From assembly GCA_051747585.1 (NCBI GenBank), contig JBNJGH010000066.1, positions 1-19,038 on the forward strand: a stretch of DNA of 19,038 nt. The letters are read 5' to 3'. A program made the position numbers and the translations under genes. Each line of letters starts with the position of its first letter. Position 1 is the stretch's first letter. This DNA is from Candidatus Rifleibacteriota bacterium. Its GTDB lineage: Bacteria; Muiribacteriota; Ozemobacteria; Ozemobacterales; Ozemobacteraceae. Below are positions 7,881 to 15,683 of the stretch, one piece after another. The notes under the pieces are model-generated. The model saw only the letters and a list, made by a program, of their open reading frames with translations. It did not search any database and was not told the origin of the DNA.

Positions 7881-9064
7881 CCAGAGCAGAACAAAATAAA
7901 AAACTGCTGATAGTAGCCGGAGAAACATCCGGAGACTTTTACGCCGCTTCACTTATTGATGTCTTAAAAAAGTATAAAGAGTTTGATATTTACGCAGTAG
8001 GCGGTAGTCAGACGGCATCTCGTGATGTCGACCTTTTGTTTGACAGCACCAATTGGGGTGCCATTGGCTTGTTTGAGGCTTTTAAACAAGCGCCGAGGCT
8101 GCTTTGCGTTTTATGGCGTCTTAAAAGATTTATTGCCAGAGAAAGACCTGATCTGGTTATTCTGGTCGATTATCCCGGCTTTAACATGCGGCTTGTGCAT
8201 ATAGTGCAAAAATTTGGTATTCCTACCGTTTATTATTTTCCACCGAGCAAGTTTGCAACCAGTCCAGAAAGCGTTTCTGACGCTGCCGGCAGTATTACCA
8301 AAGTGGCTGCCAACTTTGCTTCAACCTATGAAGTATATAAAGCAGCCGGGGCTGATGTAGAGTTCGTGGGGCATCCACTTCTCGACCATGCAAAACCACA
8401 AATGTCTAAACAGGAAACTTTCGAGAAATATGGGCTGGATCCCGAGCGGCCGGTGATTGGTCTTTGCCCCGGCTCACGCAAAAGTGAACTTACTCAGCTT
8501 TTACCTGTAATGCTCAAAGCAGCTAAAATTATTTACGAAAAACACCCCGAATACCAGTTTGTTGTGCCGGTTATTGCCACCGAAGGCCCTGAGGTCTTTG
8601 GTATGTCGAAGGCTTTGTTGCACCAGCAGTTAAAGTGTTCCAAAATTCCAGTGGTTCTTGCGGAAGGCAAAATATATGATGTAATGAATATTTCCAGACT
8701 TCTGCTTATCAGCTCAGGCACAGCAACTCTTGAAGCAAGCTATGTCGGAACCCCAATGGTCATCTGTTATCGTGTATCGATGATTACCGAAATACAAGCG
8801 CGATTGTTTTACCATTTGCCTGAATTTATCGGCTTGCCTAATATTATTATTAAACGTCAGGCGATTCCCGAATTGATTCAGCATGACATGACCCCTGAAA
8901 AGCTTGCCGATGAAGCTTTTAAATTGCTTGAATCGAAAGAAAAATATGAGCGGCAGAAAAATGATCTTGCTGAGGTGGTTTCGCATCTGGGCGAGCCCGG
9001 CGCTCACGAAAGAGTGGCTGAGATAGTTGTGAAACTGCTTAAAAGCAGAAATGGCGGTCAGTAG
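7877..9064 (+). CDS. lpxB: Second, divergent lipid-A-disaccharide synthase (LpxB/GT19) paralog
   Basis: Motifs 'AGETSGD', 'VDYPGFN', 'VGHPL', 'LCPGSR', 'SSGTATLE', 'IGLPNII'. The usual P-x-V-W-A-W segment is replaced by 'PPSKFATSP'. ATGA overlap with the upstream gene. Confidence 0.88.
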   Translation: MTRAEQNKKLLIVAGETSGDFYAASLIDVLKKYKEFDIYAVGGSQTASRDVDLLFDSTNWGAIGLFEAFKQAPRLLCVLWRLKRFIARERPDLVILVDYPGFNMRLVHIVQKFGIPTVYYFPPSKFATSPESVSDAAGSITKVAANFASTYEVYKAAGADVEFVGHPLLDHAKPQMSKQETFEKYGLDPERPVIGLCPGSRKSELTQLLPVMLKAAKIIYEKHPEYQFVVPVIATEGPEVFGMSKALLHQQLKCSKIPVVLAEGKIYDVMNISRLLLISSGTATLEASYVGTPMVICYRVSMITEIQARLFYHLPEFIGLPNIIIKRQAIPELIQHDMTPEKLADEAFKLLESKEKYERQKNDLAEVVSHLGEPGAHERVAEIVVKLLKSRNGGQ

Positions 9065-10019
9065 ATTGTCAGGTCTCAAATTCCTGAAAAAAGCTGTTAT
9101 TACAATATCAAAGGCTGCACAGAAAATGCCTGAAGACTATGGCCGAACTGTGGCAGCGGGGATGGGAACACTCGTCTATCTGCTATGGAGATCTGAACGG
9201 TTCAGAATCGTTGAAACCATTGACAGAATATGCCATAGAATGAAACGTCCCCGCTATGATCAGCTTAATGTGCTGGTAAAAAGGGTATTTATTCATTTTT
9301 CACTTACCATTTATGAAATAATGCGGATGCCCGCAATGTCAGAAGAAGAACTGAAAACTAAAGTTACTTTTCATGGAATAAAAAACCTGGAAAACGCCTT
9401 AAAAAAAGGCAAGGGAGTCATTCTAGCCCTTCCCCATATCGGAAACTGGGAATTGTTTGGAGCTGCAATAGCGGCAAGAGGCTATAAACTCAATTCTTTT
9501 TATCTGTCGCAAAAAGAAGATGAACTTGGGGGATTGCTTGATTATTTTCGCGGTTTCAGCAAGATGCGTATGCACGATAGAGATCGCGGTGGAATTAAAG
9601 CTTTAAAGGCGTTAAAAGCGGGCGAAATTTTAGGAATGGTTGCAGATCAGGATGGTGCAAACCAGGGGGTATATCTAGATTTTCTCGGTCATTTTGTTTC
9701 TTTGCCGGCGGGCCCTGCTAACTGGAGCATTAAAACCGGTGCAGTGCTTGTTCCAATTTATTCACTTCGAAGAGGACTTTCTAACAAGTTTGATGCCTGG
9801 TTTTTACCTGGTCTCAGTGAAAACGGCGAAGGTTCTCATCGCCAGAAGGTAATAAAGAGAACTGCCAGGTTAAGTAGATGGATGGAGAAATTGATTCTCA
9901 ATCATCCAGATCAGTATCTCTGGTTTTATGATCGTTTTAAACCCAGGCATGAAAAATGGATTGCAAGCCTTAAACAAAAAAATGGCCAGATGTTCCATCA
10001 AACGGTGCGTTATGACTGA
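9051..10019 (+). CDS. Lipid A biosynthesis late acyltransferase (LpxL/LpxP/HtrB family)
   Basis: Motifs 'GKGVILALPHIGNWE', 'GMVADQ', 'DFLG', 'PDQYLWFYDRFK'. Confidence 0.88.
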   Translation: MAVSRLSGLKFLKKAVITISKAAQKMPEDYGRTVAAGMGTLVYLLWRSERFRIVETIDRICHRMKRPRYDQLNVLVKRVFIHFSLTIYEIMRMPAMSEEELKTKVTFHGIKNLENALKKGKGVILALPHIGNWELFGAAIAARGYKLNSFYLSQKEDELGGLLDYFRGFSKMRMHDRDRGGIKALKALKAGEILGMVADQDGANQGVYLDFLGHFVSLPAGPANWSIKTGAVLVPIYSLRRGLSNKFDAWFLPGLSENGEGSHRQKVIKRTARLSRWMEKLILNHPDQYLWFYDRFKPRHEKWIASLKQKNGQMFHQTVRYD

Positions 10020-11316
10020 TAACAATTACAGCAAAAGAGCGTGGCTCGAATTTTGTGCTTATCAAAGTCTTGCTGCTTATTTAAGTATATTTTCGGCAGC
10101 AGCTTTACCTCTGGCTGAAAAAAAGTGGCTAAGAATGAATGAGGGTTTTACTGATTATCTTGGTCTGGTTCCCAGAGTTGAGCCAAACAAATGTTTGTGG
10201 GTGCATGGTGTTTCAATGGGTGAGGCAATGGTTGCAGAAGGATTTGCCAAAGAACTTAAAACAAAGTTTCCCGAAATGAAACTGGTTTTTTCCTCGACCC
10301 ATCCTGATGTCATAAAAAATGTTAAAAAACGGGGCCTTGCCGATCATGTGATCTATTTTCCGATTGATTCAATTATAAGTATGAAAAGAGCTTTTAATCG
10401 GTTGAATCCCATTGCTGTTTTTGTTGCTGAAACTGATTTCTGGCCCGTTTTTTCTTTTCAGTGTCGTAAACGACAAATTCCTTTGTTTTTAATCAACGGA
10501 AGAATAAGCGACAAGCTTGCAGCCTTTTATAAAAAGGCCAGAGGCCTTGCTGAGATTGTTTTTTCCGCCTTCAGCCTGTTTATGGTGCAGAGCAAGACAG
10601 ATTTGCAAAAACTTGTTGAAATTGGCGTTTCTCCAGTAAAAGTCAAAATATTGGGAAATATAAAAGCTGATCTAACAATGGTTAATAATGAAGTTGATTT
10701 AAGCTGTATTAAAAATTGGCTTAAAGGCAGAAAGCTGGTTATATTTGGTTCATTGCATCCTTCAGAATTCAAACTTTTTAAAAAGACCTTTGCTGATCTT
10801 GTTCAAAGAGAGGTTGCAGTTTTGATTGCGCCAAGAAATCTAAAAAAATGCAATCAATGGCTTGGCGAGCTTAAAGAGCAGGGTTTGAAGGCCGTTCTTA
10901 AAAGTAGAATTAAAGACGAAGAAAGCGAAGTAATGCTACTCGACACAATGGGTGAGCTTGCTTCTGTGTATGCACTTGCAGATGTCGCATTTGTCGGGGG
11001 CAGCATTGATCCAAATGTTGGCGGACATAACCCGCTTGAGGTAATTCAGCAGAATGTACCTCTTTTTATGGGCACCAACAACAGAAATTTTGCTGATATC
11101 ATTGAGCAGTTACAGAATGCAAAGGCAGTTTATTTAAACGATAATCCCGAAAGTATCTTGGAGAAAGGAATAGAATGCCTTTCAGATAAGAACCTGGCTG
11201 CCAAAATGAAGAAAAATGCGAGCATGGTTCTTGAAAAAAACAAAGGCGCAATGACACGAACCATTAAAGAAGTTGCAACAGTTATCGATAAAGCTTTAAA
11301 CAGGAGCAAAAAATAA
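10012..11316 (+). CDS. waaA: 3-deoxy-D-manno-octulosonic acid (Kdo) transferase
   Basis: Motifs 'WVHGVSMGE', 'YFPID', 'ETDFWP', 'LINGRIS', 'GNIKAD', 'DTMGEL..VY', 'FVGGS', 'GGHNPLE'. ATG 10012 (8-nt overlap with the upstream gene) is preferred over 9928. Confidence 0.92.
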   Translation: MTDNNYSKRAWLEFCAYQSLAAYLSIFSAAALPLAEKKWLRMNEGFTDYLGLVPRVEPNKCLWVHGVSMGEAMVAEGFAKELKTKFPEMKLVFSSTHPDVIKNVKKRGLADHVIYFPIDSIISMKRAFNRLNPIAVFVAETDFWPVFSFQCRKRQIPLFLINGRISDKLAAFYKKARGLAEIVFSAFSLFMVQSKTDLQKLVEIGVSPVKVKILGNIKADLTMVNNEVDLSCIKNWLKGRKLVIFGSLHPSEFKLFKKTFADLVQREVAVLIAPRNLKKCNQWLGELKEQGLKAVLKSRIKDEESEVMLLDTMGELASVYALADVAFVGGSIDPNVGGHNPLEVIQQNVPLFMGTNNRNFADIIEQLQNAKAVYLNDNPESILEKGIECLSDKNLAAKMKKNASMVLEKNKGAMTRTIKEVATVIDKALNRSKK

Positions 11317-11672
11317 TGATATATTTTTTATACGTTTTATGGGGCACACTGGTAGGAGTTATAAGTGGCTGTATTGGCCTGGGAGGCGGAGTAGTGATAG
11401 TGCCGAGCCTGGTGTTATTTTTTGGCTTGAATCAACTTCAGGCCCAGGGAACCTCTGTGGCTTTGATGATTCCGCCGATTGGTTTGCTGGCAGCAATAAA
11501 ATATTATCAGGAAGGCAATGTGGTTATTCCTATAGCAGCGGGCGGAGCGATAGGGGTATTTTTCGGGGCATTTTTCGGGGCTGCTTTGGCGCACTACATA
11601 GGTGGCCCTATGATGCAGAAAGTTTTTGCGGTTGTTTTGATTGCAACTGGCTTTAAAATGCTTGTCAGTTAA
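11316..11672 (+). CDS. Half-size sulfite exporter TauE/SafE-family membrane protein
   Basis: Motifs 'GVISG.IGLGGGVVIVP.L', 'AQGTS' and a Gly-rich TM3 in 118 aa, i.e. a single TauE repeat. TAATG coupling to waaA. Confidence 0.85.
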   Translation: MIYFLYVLWGTLVGVISGCIGLGGGVVIVPSLVLFFGLNQLQAQGTSVALMIPPIGLLAAIKYYQEGNVVIPIAAGGAIGVFFGAFFGAALAHYIGGPMMQKVFAVVLIATGFKMLVS

Positions 11673-12027
11673 GTTGTTTTTCGTAAATATCCCAGTTTAT
11701 TCCGTTAAGATCTATAAAGCTTAGCTTTCCACTATTATTAAAAACTTCTATTTTTTCTTTAAATAAGCGCTTTCTAAAAATTTCGAGATTGTCGCAACAA
11801 AGTTTAAGTCGCTGGGTAGTCTGGTTGTAGCTTTTTGTTTTTCGGTCTTTAATCAAAATTCTGGTAGAATTTATTTCAATTGAAGGACTTTCCAGCCTCA
11901 ATACTGTTGCACCAAATTCATTACTTGCTGAAGTTTGAACCCGTGGAATTCGCATAATTTTTCGATAAAAATTATGACTTTTTCCCGGTTCGGTTGTCAT
12001 TATGCCTACAGGCGTGATTTCCTGCAT
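11665..12027 (-). CDS. Hypothetical protein, probably a degenerate VOC/glyoxalase-fold protein
   Basis: GGAGG RBS upstream on the minus strand. 'SHNFYRKIM', 'LKLCCDNLE..RKRL' and 'FIDLNGINWDIYE' resemble the VOC patterns 'FY..lG' and 'F.DPDGN.wEl'. Confidence 0.55.
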   Translation of the reverse strand: MQEITPVGIMTTEPGKSHNFYRKIMRIPRVQTSASNEFGATVLRLESPSIEINSTRILIKDRKTKSYNQTTQRLKLCCDNLEIFRKRLFKEKIEVFNNSGKLSFIDLNGINWDIYEKQLN

Positions 12028-12124
12028 AAGTCTGCCTCCGATATACTTTTGTTTTGCTGCTCTATTCGGCAGAACCCCATGTTTTTTTTATAATAAATTC
12101 CATGTTGTCTCAGGGTTAAATATC

Positions 12125-12153
12125 TTGAATCGGCAAATTTAAAAGGTTATAAT
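12125..12153 (+). promoter_or_regulatory. Sigma70-type promoter for ilvE-cysQ
   Basis: TTGAAT (12125-12130), 17 nt, TATAAT (12148-12153). Confidence 0.65.
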
Positions 12154-12219
12154 AATGCCCTGAGTTGTTCTAAAAAACAGTGCCGAACTATAAAATTTAG
12201 AACAGGGAAAGGAACAGGT

Positions 12220-13323
12220 ATGCGAGTTAAAATAAATAAAATTCCAGATAATGAGTTGAAACCTCTTTTTTCTGACACAAGTAAGCTCGGTTTTTGTAAA
12301 TATTTTACAGATTATATGCTTACAATGGATTATAACGAAGAAGACGGCTGGCATAATCCGGAAATAAAGAAGTTGAAACCATTTGCTATTATGCCATCAG
12401 CCCTTGTTCTTCATTATGCTCAGGAGATTTTTGAAGGCCTGAAAGCATTTAGAGGCAAAGATAGCGCTGTAAGATTATTTCGCCCGGATATGAATGCCAA
12501 GCGTTTTAATCGCTCTGCAGACAGGCTTTGTATGCCTCATTTTATGGAAAACGACTTTCTTGAAAGCATAAACTGTCTGGTCAATCTTGAAGCAAGATGG
12601 GTTCCTGACAGCAAAGGTGCTGCCCTTTATATAAGACCATTTATGTTTGCCATGGATGAAACTCTTGGAGTAAGAGCTTCTTCTACCTATAAATATTGCG
12701 TAATTTTAAGCCCGGTTGGCCCCTATTATCAGGAAGGCTTCAATCCGGTCAGTCTTTATGTGGCCGATGAATTCACACGAGCCGCTATTGGTGGTCTGGG
12801 CGAGGCAAAAACAGGAGCCAACTATGCCGCGAGTCTGCTGGCCGGCCGAATAGCCAGAAAAAAAGGCTGTGCTCAGGTCCTCTGGCTAGATGGTGCCGAG
12901 CATCGTTATGTTGAAGAAGTTGGCGCAATGAATATTTTCTTTGTTTTTAACGGCAATACTCTGGTTACTCCTATGTTAAATGGTAGTATTTTGCCCGGAG
13001 TAACAAGAGACAGTGTTATCAAACTTGCACCTATGCTTGGTTTAAAAGCTGAAGAGCGCCGTATTTCAATCGATGAAGTTATTGGCGGAATTACTACTGG
13101 CTCCATAACCGAAATTTTTGGTACCGGAACTGCTGCAAGCATTTCACCCGTAGGCAGTCTTCAGTATCAAAAGAATGACTATACAATAAACAACCGCAAG
13201 GTTGGTCCGGTAAGTCAGCAGCTGTATGATACCCTTAGAGCAATACAGTATGGCGATATCGAAGATCCATTCGACTGGACAGTCAAACTCCAGAATCCTG
13301 AAGAAAAAGTGCTGGCGGTTTGA
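12220..13323 (+). CDS. ilvE: Branched-chain amino acid aminotransferase (PLP fold IV)
   Basis: Motifs 'LHYAQEIFEGLKA', 'LFRPDMNA.R', 'LYIRP', 'AKTGANYA' (PLP lysine), 'EEVGAMNIF', 'ILPGVTR', 'GTAA.I.PVG'. Confidence 0.95.
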   Translation: MRVKINKIPDNELKPLFSDTSKLGFCKYFTDYMLTMDYNEEDGWHNPEIKKLKPFAIMPSALVLHYAQEIFEGLKAFRGKDSAVRLFRPDMNAKRFNRSADRLCMPHFMENDFLESINCLVNLEARWVPDSKGAALYIRPFMFAMDETLGVRASSTYKYCVILSPVGPYYQEGFNPVSLYVADEFTRAAIGGLGEAKTGANYAASLLAGRIARKKGCAQVLWLDGAEHRYVEEVGAMNIFFVFNGNTLVTPMLNGSILPGVTRDSVIKLAPMLGLKAEERRISIDEVIGGITTGSITEIFGTGTAASISPVGSLQYQKNDYTINNRKVGPVSQQLYDTLRAIQYGDIEDPFDWTVKLQNPEEKVLAV

Positions 13324-14150
13324 AAATAAATAATATTCCCTTAAGCTACCCCGATGGAGAATTTCTAATCGGGGTGGCTCTTGCCGCCTCTGAAAAAATT
13401 GAAGAGGTCTATAGCAAAGACTTTGGAGTAGAATTTAAAGATGGTAAAGAACCGGTAACTCTCGCAGACAAAGAGGCCGACCTTATTATTACCAGAGAGC
13501 TGCGTAAAAGGTTTCCGGCTGATCGCATTTTCAGCGAAGAAAACGGTCTTGATATTCCAGAAAAGCATAATCAGCGTACCTGGTATATAGATCCGGTTGA
13601 CGGAACCAGAGAATTTATTAAGAAAAACGGCGAGTTTGCAATTCAAATAGGTCTGGCCGATGGTGAGCGTTTAGAGTTCGGACTGGTTTACCAACCGGTT
13701 GGAAAAAACCTGTATGTGGCTGCAAGAGGCGAAGGATGCTGGTGGCACACCCCCGGACAACCCTGGAAAAAACTTCAAATAAGCAAAAAAAACGATGATA
13801 AAGACGTAATTTTGGTTATAAGTCGTTCGAAGCCAAGTAAGACCGGACAAAGAATTCATGATGCCATTGGCGGTACAGGTGTAATTTCCCATGGCGGAGT
13901 CGGGTTGAAATTAATGGCTATTGCCAAAGGTCATGGAGATTATTATATAAACTGTAGTAACGCTACAAAGGCATGGGATATGGCAGGTCCCGAATTACTT
14001 TTCCTTGAGGCCGGCGGTGTCGCATCGCAACTTGATGGAAGTTTTTTTTCTTACGAACCCAAAAACTACCGGCATAAAAAGGGCTTGTTAGCCAGTAGCA
14101 GTGTGCAATTGCATCAGAAAATCCTTGATTGCCTCAATAAACCTCTTTAG
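13320..14150 (+). CDS. cysQ: 3'(2'),5'-bisphosphate nucleotidase CysQ / inositol monophosphatase family
   Basis: Motifs 'PVT.AD..AD', 'SEE', 'WYIDPVDGTREFI', 'FAIQIGL', 'WDMAG'. TTGA overlap with ilvE. Confidence 0.82.
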   Translation: MKINNIPLSYPDGEFLIGVALAASEKIEEVYSKDFGVEFKDGKEPVTLADKEADLIITRELRKRFPADRIFSEENGLDIPEKHNQRTWYIDPVDGTREFIKKNGEFAIQIGLADGERLEFGLVYQPVGKNLYVAARGEGCWWHTPGQPWKKLQISKKNDDKDVILVISRSKPSKTGQRIHDAIGGTGVISHGGVGLKLMAIAKGHGDYYINCSNATKAWDMAGPELLFLEAGGVASQLDGSFFSYEPKNYRHKKGLLASSSVQLHQKILDCLNKPL

Positions 14151-15681
14151 TAACCTCGATAAAATTATAACGCTTTTTCCAGGTTGAAAAGTAAGAACGG
14201 TTTTCCAGAATCGGGTAATCAGTTTTAAAATATTTGTTAAAGATTATTCTGAATGTATTTACCGGCGATATTACATGCTGCAATTGCGAATAATCGCGAT
14301 CAGAAAAATATACAGCATAAAAACATCCCAGTCGTTCTTTCATATTGGTTTTATCCGGTTTTTCCCAGTGTAAACCCGAACCCGGGCCATGGTCTGACTG
14401 AATAATTATAATTTTTTCCCGCTCATCAGAAAGAAGTTTCTCGACGAGTTCGGTTATATTGTTGTTAATGTATTCAATCTGTCCTTTGTACCCTTTAATA
14501 TATTTGCTTTTCTCGTCGCGCCAGTGGCTGCCATCATTAAGGCTGTAATACCTGGTTTCTTCGACCAGACTGCCATCAGGATTGAAAACAAAAGGAGGAT
14601 GAGGGCAGAGAATATGGGAAAAAGAAATAAAAGGCGAGCCAACCTTTTGTTTGATTTGGGGCAAAATGGAAAAAGCTTGCTTTACTCTCTGCCGATGTGC
14701 TTCTATCTGCATTGAATTGTTATTGAAAAATTTTAATCTAAGGGCAGATAAAAAGGTTGTATCCATAAGAACTCTGACAAACTCAGTGTCAAGCAGATTG
14801 GCGGGAAAATGAAGATCGGTTTTTTCAAGATTTGTGCCGCTGTAACCGCTGGCAGTCGAGATGCTTTTGTAACCGGCAGATTTAAGAATGCGGAATACGC
14901 GGTTGTTCTCTATTAGCTCAATTAAAGGACCTACATTTCCTGATTTTTTGTATTTTTTGCTTATGGCATCAAGGTAAGTGAAATTTAAAGCGCTGGAAAG
15001 AGATAAGTAGGTCTGGCAGTAATTTGCGGCAGACTTCTCTGCAACAAAAAATCCTTTGTTGTGCAGAAATTCAATAAAGGGATCATTCTTAAAATCGTAA
15101 ATTTCTTTCAGCACATCTTTACGTGCATAACCATCTAAAATTAAATAATAAATATCCGGGTGAATATCATTGCTTTTAGAACTTATACACTGGTTTTCAT
15201 CGTCTACTTGATTTAATAAGCTTTGGTTTTCTCCATAATTGTTAATTGCAAAAAAAAGAATGTTTGCCGAAGTTAAAATAAGAAAAGTCAAAGAAACAAT
15301 ATTAAAGAATCTGATTTGAACAGGTTTAATTTCTTTGTAAAAAGCTAATATAACCAATGCCGCCAGTAGCATAATAATCCAGCCGATGGGTATCTGTTTT
15401 CTCAGAGCAAAGCTTATTCCGTCGTTTGCAATGGCAATAGAAGCAACAAAATAGCCGTAGGCATAAAAGAAATAGAGAAAAAAAGAGGTGGCGATTGCAG
15501 CTTTCTCCAGTTTTTTATACAAAAGGTAAGTAAAACCGAGCATTAAGAGAGTAAATCCCATACTGACAGCAATGGGAAGAAAAATATCGGCAGGATTTAT
15601 CTTATCAATATTGCAGGAATACAAAAATAGAATAGGAAAAAGCGAAAAAATCAAAGAATGCAAAAATTTTATATTAAGCAA
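14134..15681 (-). CDS. Membrane-anchored alkaline-phosphatase-superfamily (sulfatase-like / LtaS-EptA-like) enzyme
   Basis: About 5 N-terminal hydrophobic helices, then a soluble domain with 'YYLILDGYAR', 'NYCQTYLS', 'HILCPHPPF', 'IIIQSDHG'. TTG start 2 nt after the upstream stop. Confidence 0.75.
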   Translation of the reverse strand: MLNIKFLHSLIFSLFPILFLYSCNIDKINPADIFLPIAVSMGFTLLMLGFTYLLYKKLEKAAIATSFFLYFFYAYGYFVASIAIANDGISFALRKQIPIGWIIMLLAALVILAFYKEIKPVQIRFFNIVSLTFLILTSANILFFAINNYGENQSLLNQVDDENQCISSKSNDIHPDIYYLILDGYARKDVLKEIYDFKNDPFIEFLHNKGFFVAEKSAANYCQTYLSLSSALNFTYLDAISKKYKKSGNVGPLIELIENNRVFRILKSAGYKSISTASGYSGTNLEKTDLHFPANLLDTEFVRVLMDTTFLSALRLKFFNNNSMQIEAHRQRVKQAFSILPQIKQKVGSPFISFSHILCPHPPFVFNPDGSLVEETRYYSLNDGSHWRDEKSKYIKGYKGQIEYINNNITELVEKLLSDEREKIIIIQSDHGPGSGLHWEKPDKTNMKERLGCFYAVYFSDRDYSQLQHVISPVNTFRIIFNKYFKTDYPILENRSYFSTWKKRYNFIEVTKEVY

Positions 15682-15683
15682 AA

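Noticed and set aside
9928..10011. ORF-track start of waaA at 9928
   Set aside because: It would overlap the acyltransferase gene by 92 nt. ATG 10012 gives the short overlap typical of this operon.
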